DNA of 64,000 nt from contig JAPDFW010000054.1 of assembly GCA_028826165.1 (NCBI GenBank), positions 605,526 to 669,525 of the forward strand, read 5' to 3'. Source of the stretch: Anaeramoeba ignava BMAN. Its lineage: Eukaryota > Protista > Anaeramoebae. The notes beneath the pieces were generated by a model. That model was not told the origin of the DNA. It made no database searches and saw only the letters and a list, made by a program, of their open reading frames with translations. The translations under genes and the position numbers were made by a program. Positions 1-12,714 of this stretch are shown here, piece after piece (position 1 is the first letter of the stretch; every line of letters starts with the position of its first letter).

Positions 1-108
1 TAAATAAGAGAGTAGAATTGATAAATTATTTAAAGGTAAATTAGGAAAAATTTCAAAATTTGATATTTTTGATAACCAAATAAAGATCTCTTTTTTGTTT
101 GATTCCAT
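1..108 (-). CDS. 5' end of an unknown gene running off the window (MESNKKEIFIWLSKISNFEIFPNLP...)
   Basis: ATG at 108-106, open for 36 codons to position 1, preceded on the minus strand by TTCATTT repeats like other starts here. Confidence 0.5.
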   Translation of the reverse strand, partial: MESNKKEIFIWLSKISNFEIFPNLPLNNLSILLSYL

Positions 109-221
109 AATAAAAGAAACAAAATTAAAATTAAAATTAAATGAAATGAAATTAAATGAAATGAAATGAAAAAAGGAAGAGAAAGAAAAAAATGATTTCA
201 ATTTTTTTTTAAAAAATTTTT

Positions 222-1110
222 TAGAAATTGAAATTGAAATTAATTTAGAAATTGATTTAGAAATTGAAATTGAAATTGAAATTGAAATTGATTTAGAAAT
301 TGAAATTGATTTAGAAATTGAAATTAATTTAGAAATTGAAATTGATTTAGAAATTAATATTGAAGTTGATTTAGAAATTGAAATTAATTTAGAAATTAAT
401 TTAGAAATTGATTTAGAAATTGATTTAGAAATTGATTTAGAAATTGATTTAGAAATTGATTTAGAAATTGATTTAGAAATTGATTTAGAAATTGATTTAG
501 AAATTAAAATTGATTTAGAAATTGATTTAGAAATTGATTTAGAAATTGATTTAGAAATTGATTTAGAAATTGATTTAGAAATTGATTTAGAAATTAATTT
601 AGAAATTGATTTAGAAATTGAAATTGATTTAGAAATTAAAATTGATTTAGAAATTGATTTAGAAATTGATTTAGAAATTGATTTAGAAATTGATTTAGAA
701 ATTAATTTAGAAATTAAAATTGATTTAGAAATTGAATTGTAAATATTTTTTTAAACGGTTTTTAAAAGAAATTTCATTTTTAAATCCATAATCCTAAAAA
801 AAAAAAACTTTGAAAAATTGAAAATTTAGAAAAAAAAATTTAGAAATTGATTTGAAAAATTGAGGAAGAAATTGATTTAGAAATTGATTTTGAGTCTGAG
901 GTTTTAGAAAATTGAAATTTATTTGGGTATAGAAATTGATTTAGAAAATTGATTTAGAAAATTTGAAATTTTAGAGGAAGAAAAATTGATTTAGAAATTG
1001 ATTTAGAAATTGATTTAGAAATTGATTTAGAAATTGATTTAAAAATTTTTTAGAAATTGATTTAAAAATTGATTTAGAAATTAATTTAGAAATTAAAATT
1101 GATTTAGAAA
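222..1110. repeat. Intergenic 12-mer tandem array (ATTGATTTAGAA)n in two blocks
   Basis: Directly visible; blocks at about 222-735 and 840-1110 are each followed by a duplicated AATTGTAAATATTTT..AAACGGTTTTT segment. Confidence 0.95.
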
Positions 1111-1266
1111 TTGAATTGTAAATATTTTAAAACGGTTTTTAAAAAAAATTTCATTTAAAAATGAATAAACCAAAAACTTTGAAAAAGAAAAAGAGCAAAA
1201 AGAAAAATTTAAATGGAATGAAAATAATAGGAAAAATTAAAAATGAAAAAGGTGAAAATAAAAATA

Positions 1267-1512
1267 TTATTTTTCTAATTTATTTTTATTTTGCTGTTCT
1301 GTTGCAATTGCAATTCCAGCAGGAAGAATAAATACAAGTGAACCAGTTGAAGCAATCCATCCTAAATTTTCTATTTTTTCAACTCCTTTTTGAAAAAACC
1401 AAGTTGTATTTGAAAAACCTTTTGAAACAACTGATCTAAAACTAGGTGAAAATGCATTTAAAAGTGAATCAAACCAACTACTTTCTTTATCAGTAAGATC
1501 TAATTTTGACAT
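1267..1512 (-). CDS. TOM22: Short Tom22/Tom9-like outer-membrane translocase subunit
   Basis: 81 aa; WIASTGSLVFILPAGIAIATEQQ fits the Tom22 transmembrane signature (W..T......P......EQQ); TTCAT initiators directly upstream. Confidence 0.7.
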   Translation of the reverse strand: MSKLDLTDKESSWFDSLLNAFSPSFRSVVSKGFSNTTWFFQKGVEKIENLGWIASTGSLVFILPAGIAIATEQQNKNKLEK

Positions 1513-1699
1513 TTTAAATGGAATGAAAATAATAGAAAAAATTAAAAAAATGAAAAAAATGAAAATAAAAAAATATTATTTTTGAATTGTTTATTTTTAT
1601 TCTTTTAAAAAATTAACTCTAATCTAAAAATATAATCTAAAAAAAATTTTCTTTTCAATTCTGTTTTGTTTTTCTTTTAAATTCTGTTTTGTTTTTCTT

Positions 1700-2330
1700 T
1701 TAAATTTGAATTTGAATTTGAATTTGAATTTGAATTTGAATTTGAATTTGAATTTGATCTTGATTTTGATTTTCATTTTCAATTTGATTTTGAATTTGAT
1801 TTTGATTTTGAATTTGATTTTGAATTTGATTTTGAATTTGATTTTGAATTTGAATTTGATTTTGAATTTGATTTTGAATTTGATTTTGATTTTGATTTTG
1901 ATTTTGATTTTGATTTTGAATTTGAATTTGATTTTGATTTTGATTTTCAATTTGATTTTGATTTTGATTTTGATTTTGATTTTGAACTTGATTTTGATTT
2001 TTATTTTGATTTTCATTTTGATTTTGAATTTGAATTTGATTTTGATTTTGAATTTGATTTTGAATTTGATTTTGATATTGAATTTGATTTTGAATTTGAT
2101 TTTGATTTTGAATTTGATTTTGGTTTTGGTTTTGATTTTGATTTTGATTTTTATTTTGAATTTGATTTTGAATTTGAATTTGATTTTGATTTTGATTTTG
2201 AACTTGATTTTGATTTTTATTTTGATTTTCATTTTGATTTTGAATTTGAATTTGAATTTGATTTTGATTTTGATTTTGAATTTGGTTTTAAATTTGAATT
2301 TGAATTTGAATTTGAATTTGATTTTAAATT
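1700..2330. repeat. Hexamer microsatellite (TTTTGA/TTTGAA)n downstream of SurE
   Basis: Directly visible; explains the spurious IK/NL ORFs. Confidence 0.95.
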
Positions 2331-2347
2331 TTTGTTGTTCATTTTTT

Positions 2348-3295
2348 TCAATTTTCCTTTTCTTTTGAATTATCTTCATTTCTTTTAAAAATAATAGGTT
2401 CTTTAATATTTTTCATAAATGGTTGAAAAACAGTAACAGAAACTGAATCATCTAAAAGAGCAAAAACATCATTATCATAAGGAATATTTTCAGAAGGAAC
2501 TCTCCAATCATTTCTAAGCTTAAATTTTTTAAATTTTTGTTCATTTGGATTTTGATTTTCTTTTGAATTTTCTTTTGAATTTTCTTTTGAATTTTCTTTT
2601 GAATTTTCTTTTGAATTTTCTTTTGAATTTTCTTTTGAATTTTCCTCAACTTGCATCAATAAAGATCCATAATAATCGTTATAAGGATTACAATAATAAA
2701 CAGAAGGATTTTCAGGATCAACATCTAAAGGAACGTTAACATTGAAAAAAATATTATTATATTTAACTTCTTGAACTGGCCAATTTTTATAAATTTTTTC
2801 AATGACTTGACAAGAAATTTTTGATGCGTTACAAAATTTCTTTCTTGTTGAATCTTGAGGATTTCGAAAGTAACCAAAATCATAAGAATGAAAACTCAAG
2901 GAAATACTTTTCAAACCAGCACAAGCAGTTTCAGCTGCTGCTCCTATTGTTCCACTGCAAAGAATAAATGAACCATAATTTGCGCCGGAATTTGGACCCG
3001 AAATGACAAGATCAATTTTCTCATCTTTGAATAGATGAAAAATGCCTAATTGCCCACATGTTGCTGGCGAACCGTTTGTAATCCAGATCTCTTTTGTTTT
3101 GTTTTCCCCCATTTTTAATTCCGTTGTTTTCGCTTCAACATTCACTACTGTGTGTATTCGTGATGAAAATGACCAGTTTTTTTCTGGAAAACAACAGAAT
3201 ACTTTGTGCTTTTGTTCTTCAAGTTCTTTTATAAATGGAATAATAAGTGGTGATTGATATCCATCATCATTAGTTAGAAAAATATTTAAAGACAT
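2348..3295 (-). CDS. surE: SurE-family 5'/3'-nucleotidase with an ENSK repeat insertion
   Basis: Motifs LTNDDG, GSPATC, DLVISGPNSGAN and SGTIGAA; true ATG at 3295. Confidence 0.93.
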   Translation of the reverse strand: MSLNIFLTNDDGYQSPLIIPFIKELEEQKHKVFCCFPEKNWSFSSRIHTVVNVEAKTTELKMGENKTKEIWITNGSPATCGQLGIFHLFKDEKIDLVISGPNSGANYGSFILCSGTIGAAAETACAGLKSISLSFHSYDFGYFRNPQDSTRKKFCNASKISCQVIEKIYKNWPVQEVKYNNIFFNVNVPLDVDPENPSVYYCNPYNDYYGSLLMQVEENSKENSKENSKENSKENSKENSKENSKENQNPNEQKFKKFKLRNDWRVPSENIPYDNDVFALLDDSVSVTVFQPFMKNIKEPIIFKRNEDNSKEKEN

Positions 3296-3408
3296 TTTAA
3301 TAAACAAATGAAAAAAATGAAAGAAATGAAAATGAAAAAAAAATTTTTTGTTTTTAATTTTTAATAAAGAAAAAAAAAAGAGAATTAAATTAAAATAGAA
3401 AATGGAAT

Positions 3409-4320
3409 TTTGAAATAAACATTAAAATAAACTTGAAATAAATTTTAAAATAAACTTTGAATAAATATTGAAATAAATTTTGAAATAAACATTGAAATAA
3501 ATTTTGAAATAAACTTTGAAATAAACTTAAAATAAATTTTGAAATAAATATTGAAATAAACTTGAAATAAATATTAAAATAAATTTTAAAATAAACTTGA
3601 AATAAACTTTGAAATAAATATTGAAATAAATATTGAAATAAACTTTGAAATAAATATTGAAATAAACTTTGAAATAAATATTGAAATAAATTTTGAAATA
3701 AACTTTGAAATAAACTTGAAATAAATATTGAAATAAATATTGAAATAAATATTGAAATAAATTTTGAAATAAATTTTGAAATAAATTTTGAAATAAACTT
3801 GAAATTAACTTTAAAATAAACTTTGAAATTAATATTGAAATAAACTTTGAAATAAACATAAAATAAACTTTGAAATAAACTTTGAAATAAATTTTGAAAT
3901 AAATTTTGAAATAAATTTTGAAATAAATTTTGAAATAAATATTGAAATAAATATTGAAATAAATATTGAAATAAATTTTGAAATAAATATTGAAATAAAT
4001 TTTGAAATAAATATTGAAATAAATTTTGAAATAAACTTTGAAATAAATATTGAAATAAATTTTGAAATAAATATTGAAATAAATATTGAAATAAACTTTG
4101 AAATAAATTTTGAAATAAACTTGAAATAAACTTGAAATAAATTTTGAAATAAATATTGAAATAAATTTTGAAATAAACTTTGAAATAAACTTGAAATAAA
4201 CTTAAAATAAACTTGAAATAAACTTTGAAATAAATATTGAAATAAATTTTGAAATAAACTTTGAAATTAACTTTGAAATAAATATTGAAATAAACATTGA
4301 AATAAACTTTGAAATTAATT
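3409..4320. repeat. Intergenic 12-mer array (TTGAAATAAAYW)n
   Basis: Directly visible. Confidence 0.95.
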
Positions 4321-7300
4321 TAAAAATTTTCAAAATTTTTCCATTCCAAATCTTCATCATTATTATTAATATTTTCAAAATCATCAATAACTTTAAAGTA
4401 AAATAAATCATTTGTTTCATTTTCATTTTCATTTTCATTTTCATTTTCAATTTGATTTTGGTTTTCAATTTGATTTTGATTTTGATTTTGATTTTGATTT
4501 TGATTTTCATTTTGATTTTGATTTTGATTTTGATTTTCATTTTGATTTTGATTTTGATTTTGATTTTCATTTTCATTTTCATTTTCATTTTCAATTTTAT
4601 TTTGATTTTCAATTTGATTTTGATTTTGTTTTTTATTTTTATTTTGATTTTGATTTTGATTTTGATTTTGATTTTGATTTTGAATTTGATTTTGATTTTG
4701 ATTTTGATTTTTATTTTTATTTTGATTTTGATTTTGATTTTTATTTTGATTTTTATTTTGATTTTTATTTTGATTTTTATTTTGATTTTGATTTTGATTT
4801 TGATTTTGATTTTGATTTTGATTTTGATTTTGATTTTGATTTTGATTTTGATTTTGATTTTGATTTTGATTTTGATTTTGATTTTGATTTTGATTTTGAT
4901 TTTGATTTTGTTTTTCATTTTGATTTTGTTTTTGTTTTTCATTTTGATTTTTATTTTGATTTTGATTTTGATTTTGATTTTGATTTTGTTTTTGAATTTG
5001 TTTTTGATTTTGATTTTGATTTTGATTTTGATTTTGATTTTGTTTTTGAATTTGTTTTTGATTTTGATTTTGATTTTGATTTTTATTTTGATTTCGATTT
5101 TGATTTTGATTTTGATTTTGAATTTGATTTTGATTTTGATTTTGATTTTGATTTTGATTTTGATTTTGTTTTTCATTTTGATTTTTATTTTGATTTTTAT
5201 TTTTATTTTGATTTTTATTTTGTTTTTCATTTTGATTTTGATTTTGATTTTGATTTTGAATTTGTTTTTGATTTTGATTTTGAATTTGATTTTGATTTTG
5301 ATTTTGTTTTTTATTTTTATTTTGATTTTGATTTTTATTAAAATCACCTTCAAAAGAATTATCAGAAGATATTTCTTCATAATACTCATCTGAATAAATA
5401 TCATATTGTGAATTTTCAGTAAAATCTTGAGAATCATCATTTCCAATATCTTCTTCAATTAATTTTTTTTCAAGATCAAGAGAAAGACGAAGAATTTGTA
5501 ACCATTCCATCATTTCCATACCAGATTTAGCATGAAGAAGATAAACACTTTGGAAAGTAACAATTTCAAATGCGAATTTTTTAGCGAATTTTGTATTAAT
5601 TTTTAAAGAAGCAAGAGTTAAATCAATAGTGGAATCTGCTGGTTTTGGATCCAATCTTGATTTATCCTTTGAATAATAAAGTTTGTGATTCTGCAAAATA
5701 AAGTATCTGAGTTTCCACTCTTTGAAAAGATTTGCAGTTGTTTTAATATATAAAGGACCTTTTTTTTGGGGATATTTTCTGCTCTGATAAGTTTCAATTC
5801 GTATAGATGATCGATTGGGTCGAATGCTTTTTCGCGTTTCAGTTTCACTAACTTTGCACCAGGCCTTTGCAATATGCTTTCTTTTAATATATATTGCTTT
5901 TTGCTTGATGTTTGAGCCTGAATGCGGTTTAAATTGCTTATGATCGGGATCCGCTTCCCAAACTTGATTTCCGGATTCATTTCCGGCAGATAAAATGAAT
6001 TCAAGTTCTCAATTGACCAGCTTCCCATTTGAAGCTTTTCAATCTTGGAATGTTTCTCAATTCTCTTGTGGATTTTGGCGCAATCAGAACACATGATGAT
6101 TCCTTTTGATAAACTTGCCCATTTTGGGTCTTCTTTTGAACAATCAACACATTTTTTGTTTTTTGACAGAATTTCTTTTAATAATCTTTTCATTGTTTTT
6201 TGGATCCTTTCATTCACACTTTGTTTGGGTGGTTCGATTCGCATTGAGTTGTGTGCTCGTTCTATTTTCTTTTCTCCTTCGTTTTCTGACTCTTTTTCTG
6301 TGTCATCAAAAAGTGTGTTCATGTCAATTTTGAATGTTTTTGTTAGTAAAAGCATTGTTTGATTTCTGATGTGATTGAGTAGTTCAAATAATTTGGATTG
6401 TGATTCGCATGAGAAGATAAGATCTTTTTGAGGGGTTTTGATTTTGAAAGCATTTGCGATTCCAGGAATCATGAATACGGAAATATCGATGAGATTAAAT
6501 TTATAAGTTTTTGGTTGATTCTAAAAAAACAATATAAAATAAATATTAAATAAATATAAAATAAATATTAAATAAATATTAAAATAAAATTAAATATAAA
6601 ATAAATATTAAATAAATATTAAATAAATATAAAATAAATATTAAATAAATATTAAATAAATATTAAATAAATATTAAATAAATAAATATTAAATAAATAT
6701 TAAATAAATATTAAATAAATAAATATTAAATAAATAATATTAAATATAAAAATAAAATAAATAATAAATAAATATTAAATAAATATTAATTAAATAAATA
6801 TTAAATAAATATTAAATATTTTTTAAGTTATTCATACTTCTTCCGTTTTTTCTTGTATTGCTTCAATAAATTTATCACTTAAAATAATTTCACTTTGAAT
6901 TTTATTGGAAATATTTGATTCATCTTGATAAAATGTTACATAAGTTTTATAAATAAATTGTTCTTTTTCATTTTCATTTTCATTTTTTAAAGGTTGAAAT
7001 GTTTCTGGAATCCAAATTTTCCTTAAGTTCTCAATATTTGTGAAAATTGAATAATCAAGACTCAAAATCCAGGATTGTTTTTCTTCTTCATTTTGAGCTT
7101 GAAAAGTAGCAGTTTTTTGATGAATAATATCGCAAACTTGGAAAATTGTTTGAGGATTTTCAACAAGTTGTATTTTAATATTTGAAGAAATTCTTTGTAT
7201 TTTTGTATTAATTGGATCTTCGATATTTTTTGAGTTTCTTTTCATATCATTTGGAATATGATCATTATTGATGTTGTTATTATTGTTATTTTCATTATCA

Positions 7301-10300
7301 AGCGAAGTAAGTGAATGAGATTTTGAAAGAGAGGGATTTTCTTTTGGAGAATCCAATAAAAACACGATTCCTTGAAGGGATATTTTATCAACAAAATTAA
7401 GTTTATTTGAATTTGAATTTGAATCTGAATTTTGAGTCATAACAAGTAGATCATTGAACATGAATAAAACAATTTCTATTCTTTTCTCGTTATGAATATA
7501 ACTTAGATTCCCACTGCGAACAAATCTGCGGCTGGGCTTGCTGATATTATCAAAACCTTTAACTCTATCTTGAATATTTAAAACTTCAAGAATGTTTTCT
7601 GTTTCTCGTTTTCTCTCATTTATATATGTTGCTGTTTCTTTGATTTTATCAAGAGCGCGCGTGAGGTTATCGAAATCGGGATGAGATTTGTCTGTATGTG
7701 TTGTTAATTCTTGAATCAAAAGAAGATATCGAGGAATTCTCTGGATCGGCATTATTAAGAATGAAGTGATATCCAAATGATGAGCTGCCGGAAGTTGTTT
7801 TTGCTGTTTCAAAAATTTGACAAATTCCTTCCGTTTTTTTAGCAGCGATAATGTTTTGATTGCGGTATTGTAATTGTTTATGTATTGTGTATAAACTTTA
7901 AGAAAAGCTGAAAAATTAAGAAAAATGTCGCCAATAAGAGTGTTTTCATCCCAATTTCTCCATCGATTTTCCAGTTCGGCAAGAAGCATTCTATTGTAAT
8001 TCAATATCACTTCAATTTCTGAGAAAATTAGTCGAGATTGTTCTCTTGTTGTCATGTTGTTTTGTTGTAGTGGTTCGAGATATACTGATATTGTTGTTTC
8101 TAAACTTTTTACAAATGTTTTTTCCGTTGAAATGATTTCATTCATAATTTCCCATCTTTCTTCTTGTTCATCTGATTTCGTTGATTGTTTGTTTTTGGAT
8201 AGGAAATATGTTGGTAATGCTGGACGATTTCGGAATTCTGCTTTGTGTCTTTTTCTTCTGTATGTTTTCAAGAAATCAAAGTTGAATGATTTAAAAAATT
8301 CTTCTTCAATTCTATCAAATAAGCTTGTTTCCTCATTTTCATTTTCATTTTCGTTTTCAATTTCAATTTCATTTTCATTTTCATTCTCATTTTCATTTTC
8401 ATTTTCATTTTCATTTTCATTTTCAATTTTATTTTCAATTTTATTTTCATTTTCATTTTCATTTTCATTTTCAATTTGATTTTCAATTTGATTTTCATTT
8501 TCAATTTGATTTTCATTTTCAATTTGATTTTGATTTTCAATTTTATTTTCATTTTGATTTTCATTTTGATTTTGATTTTGATTTTCAATTTTATTTTCAA
8601 TTTGATTTTGATTTTCAATTTGATTTTGTTTTAAATTTTGATTTTGTTTCCTTTGATTTTGTTTTAAATTTTGGTTTTTATTTTGATTTTGTTTCCTTCG
8701 ATTGATTAATTTTGCATTTTCTATTTTGGATTGAGAAATAACAGGATTTCTTATTATTCTTTTTGTATTTGATTCTCCAGAAATTTTTGAATTTGAAATT
8801 TTATTTTGTTTTAGGGTATTTTTGATTATTTTGATTATTTTTGAAGTAATTATCAAGATTTTCAAGTTTGGGTTGTTTTGGAAATTTTATTCCAAAATTT
8901 GTTTTTTGATTTTCAAAGGTTTCTGACATTCTAATTATTGACCAAATTAAACCTAGAATGGGTTTTGTTCTTCCAGATTCTATATCTAAAATTTTAATTA
9001 TTTTAATTTTAAATTTAAATTTAATTTTAATTTTGATTTTAATTTTAATTTTAATATTTAAAATACCTGAAGGACTACAAATAACTTCAACTCCATGATT
9101 TTGTATAAATCTTAATGCAATTCCAATATTATCAATTTTTTGGTAACGATTTTTAGGATTTTTTGTAAATTTAATTGATTGGTTTGAAATTAATTCAAGT
9201 AAATTCAAGATTAAAACACCATCTGCAAAATCTTCTTCAATATTATTTAATGACATTTGTCTTCTTGATAAAAAACGGTTGCACCAGTTTGTGAAAAGCT
9301 TTAAAGATTAAAAAAAATTTAATTAAATTTTTCAATTTAATTTTGATTTAAATTGATTTAATTTTAATTTAATTTAATTTTGAATTGAATTGAATTTTAA
9401 TTTGAATTTTAATTTGAATTAATTTTGAATTGTTTTAAATTGTTGATTTGAATTTAATTTGGAATTGTTTTAAATTGTTGACTTGATTTGAATTGATTTG
9501 AATTTAATTGTTAAATTGTTGATTTAAATTGTTTATGTTGATTTAAATTGTTTATGTTTAATTGTTAAATTGATGATTTTTAATTTGGAATTGTTGATTT
9601 GAATTGAATTGAATTTAATTGTTAATTTGTTGATTTGAATTTAATTGAATTGAATTTAATTTGGAATTGTTTATGTTGAATTTAATTGAATTTAATTTGT
9701 TGATTTAAATTGTTGATTTGAGTTAAATTGATTTAAATTGATTTGAATTAAATTGTTTATGGAATTGATTTAAATTGTTAAATTGTTGATTTAATTTGTT
9801 TATGTTGAATTGAATTTAATTGAATTTAATTTGGAATTGTTTATGTTGAATTTAATTGAATTTAATTTGGAATTGTTTATGTTTAATTGTTAAATTGTTG
9901 ATTTAAATTGTTTATGTTGAATTTAATTGAATTGAATTTAATTTGGAATTGTTTATGTTGAATTTAATTGAATTTAATTTGGAATTGTTTATGTTTAATT
10001 GTTAAATTGTTGATTTAAATTGTTTATATTGAATTTAATTGAATTTAATTTGGAATTGTTTATGTTTAATTGTTAAATTGTTGATTTAAATTGATTTAAT
10101 TTTAATTTGATTTAATTTGTTGATTTAAATTGATTTGAATTGAATTGAATTTAATTTTTAATTTGTTGATTTGAATTTAATTGAATTTAATTTGGAATTG
10201 TTTATGTTTAATTGTTAAATTGTTGATTTAAATTGTTTATATTGAATTTAATTGAATTGAATTTAATTTGGAATTGTTTATGTTTAATTGTTAAATTGTT

Positions 10301-10387
10301 GATTTGAATTGTTTATGTTTATTTTTAAACTGCTTTTTATTATAAATAAAAACTAACTTGGATTTGTGCTTCTTCTGAAACTGACAT
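4320..10387 (-). CDS. CH-RhoGEF(DH)-PH-PH-ArfGAP-PH protein (GxcDD-like architecture); 4 exons, two apparent frameshifts
   Basis: Exon 1 MSVSEEAQIQ (10387-10358); GT-AG introns 10357-9299, 9066-8986 and 6837-6521; CH LFTNWCN..DGVLILNLLELIS..LGLIWSII; DH EIISTEKTFV..LIMPIQRIPRYLLL; ArfGAP CVDC-x16-CSDC; PH WKLRYFIL; frame breaks near 8805 and 5760. Confidence 0.85.
9320..10320. repeat. Intronic minisatellite, about 70-nt higher-order unit (TTGTTTATG/TTGAATTTAA/TTTGGAA)
   Basis: Fills intron 1 of the RhoGEF-ArfGAP gene. Confidence 0.85.
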
Positions 10388-10483
10388 GAAGAAAAAAAAG
10401 AAAAAGAAAAAAAAGAAAAAAAGAAAAAAATGAAAATTTTTTTTTTCATTTTTTTTTGTTCTAAAAAAAAAAACAAAAAACAA
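10388..10483. promoter_or_regulatory. 96-bp bidirectional promoter with back-to-back TCATTTT initiator-like motifs
   Basis: AAAATGAAAA and TTTTCATTTT between divergent ATGs at 10387 and 10484. Confidence 0.65.
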
Positions 10484-12446
10484 ATGGAGTTATCAGAACA
10501 ATTATCAAAACTACTCTATTGTTCTAATTGCAAACAAGCATTCAATAACGACGCGCACTGGATGCCTACATGCATGCACGCTCTATGCAGCAAATGCCTT
10601 AACAAAGCATTAGAATCAAAACCAGTAGAAGAAAAAGACGAACCGGACGAATTCGCAACAATTTTAACATGTCCAATCTGCAAAAACGCGTACAAATTAG
10701 AAGACGAGCTCCAAGAGGAATTGCCAACAAACGAGATCCTGAATTTTGTGTCTAAACTCTATTCACAAACAGCAAAAGAGAAGGAAAGCATTTGCGAAGA
10801 GTGCGGAGTTAATATGGCAAAAAAGTACTGTAGAAACTGTCAAAAATCATTTTGTCCCGAATGTACCGAAAAAATTCACTCTTTCAAATCCTTCCAAAAA
10901 CACGAAGTTGCGGAGCTCTCCTTAACCACGCCGACCCATAACGACTCTATTTTTGCCTGCAACGAACATCCAACAAAACAAAAGGAATATTACTGCACAG
11001 AATGCGAGACCTCAGTGTGCATCGATTGCGTCATTATCGGGAAGCACAAGAACCACAGAATCACGAAGATCGAGAGTCTCTCGCAAGGATCCAATTTGCG
11101 ACTTGGCGCTTCTGCTTAAGAAAAACAGCCTGGTTATCGACTCGTTGGAGAAGAAATCAAACGAAATTGACGCTCTTCTTGATATTGCTAATGGCGTTGT
11201 CCCAACTGCCAAGCTAAAGATCCAAGAAAACCTCGAAAAGGCTGCTGAACTTCTCGAGAAGCGCAAGATTCAGTTGCTTTCTGATCTCGAAATCATCTCG
11301 CATTCCATCGATTCCCATCTGAGGAAATTCATGACCACTTTCGACCGCAGATCAAAAGAACTCGAGCTCTGCGAACATGTGTCCAAGAGTATCCTCGATT
11401 CGCAAACAAGCTCCGCACTTGTATACGAGCTAGAGTCCGCGCTCCAAAAACTGCAAAACACTGAGGAATTAGTTTCTGAAAACATTTCTGCAGAGGACTT
11501 CTCGGTAAACGTCGACTTCGACGGAATTGAGAAATTTTTCGATTCTCTTGGCTACATTGATTCCCCGTCTTTCAACCTCATTGGCGGACCAGGCGTTATG
11601 GAAATAACAGGCGCAAAGGAACTTTCTGGCGAGATCAAATGCACAAAACTGATTATCAAAGCGAACGCAGTGTTGACTGTCAAGCCGTGGGATGGGACAT
11701 CAGGAGGAGTATTAAAAATCTTTGCGAAATCACGGATCATCATTGAAAAAGGAGGGAAAATCGATCTAACCGGAAAAGGATACCGAGGCGGAGAGGCAGT
11801 GCCTCAATGCTACGACGGAAAAGCAAAACAAGGCGAGTCATTCAACGGAAAAGGGGGTGATCTTCAAGAAGCAAATAAAGGAGGTGGAGGTGCCGGATTA
11901 GGGACAAGTTCGTTTGGGGGATATGGTGGAGGCGGTGGCGGTTATGGTGCCAAAGGAGACGATGCTGAGCCCAACCGTTACAGCGGACAAGTTCATCCTG
12001 GAGCAAAAGGTGGCGAGACTTATGGCGATGAAAAAATCACTGAGCTTTATATGGGATCTGGTGGAGGATCTGGTCATCCTTATTCTAACGGACAAACCAA
12101 AGGCAAAGGCGGCAATGGTGGTGGTGCGTTGCTTCTCCAGGCTCGTCTCGTTCTTAATGAAGGTGAGATTATTTGTGATGGCGAAAAAGGTGAAGATAGT
12201 GTCCCTAATACTTATGGTTCTGGCGGCGGCGGCGGAAGTGGTGGTTCTATTCTTTTTATTACAAAACTTCTTATAAACAATGGATCCATTTCTGCTAAAG
12301 GTGGTGAAAAAGGTATCGCTAACTATTCTTCTTCTCCTGGTATTAATTCTTCTGGTGGTAAGGGTGGTGACGGTAGAATTGCTATTAAAGGTTTAAGAAC
12401 AAAAGGTGCTCCTTCAGTTCCTAATTGGTTTCTTTATAAGAAATGA
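10484..12446 (+). CDS. TRIM-like protein: RING, two B-boxes, coiled coil and glycine-rich C-terminal domain; one apparent frameshift near 11080-11119
   Basis: RING CSNC..CMHALCSKC..CPIC; B-boxes CEEC..CRNC..CPEC..H and CNEH..YCTEC..CIDC..HKNH; overlapping second ORF carries the coiled coil and Gly-rich region; intronless. Confidence 0.85.
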
Positions 12447-12714
12447 AAGTTTCTTCTTCTTTTTTTCTTTTTTCTTTTTAATTCCCCTTTTTTTCTTTTT
12501 CCCATTTTTTTTTTCGCATTTTAATTTTTTTTTTTTTTGATCAAAATGATCACAATTTTCAATAAGAATTCCTTTTATAAAAAAAAAAAATTAAATAAAA
12601 ATAAAAATTAAAAAATAAAATAAAATTTAAAACAAATATAAATTAAATATAAATATAAAGTGAAATTTCCATTTTTTTTTGAATTAAAATTTTTTAAGTG
12701 ATTCAATACCCCAA

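Noticed and set aside
8795-8812. Euplotes-type AAA-TAA +1 programmed frameshifting as a general system
   Set aside because: Only one of five frame breaks fits, and AAA TAA also appears to end the Tom22-like gene normally
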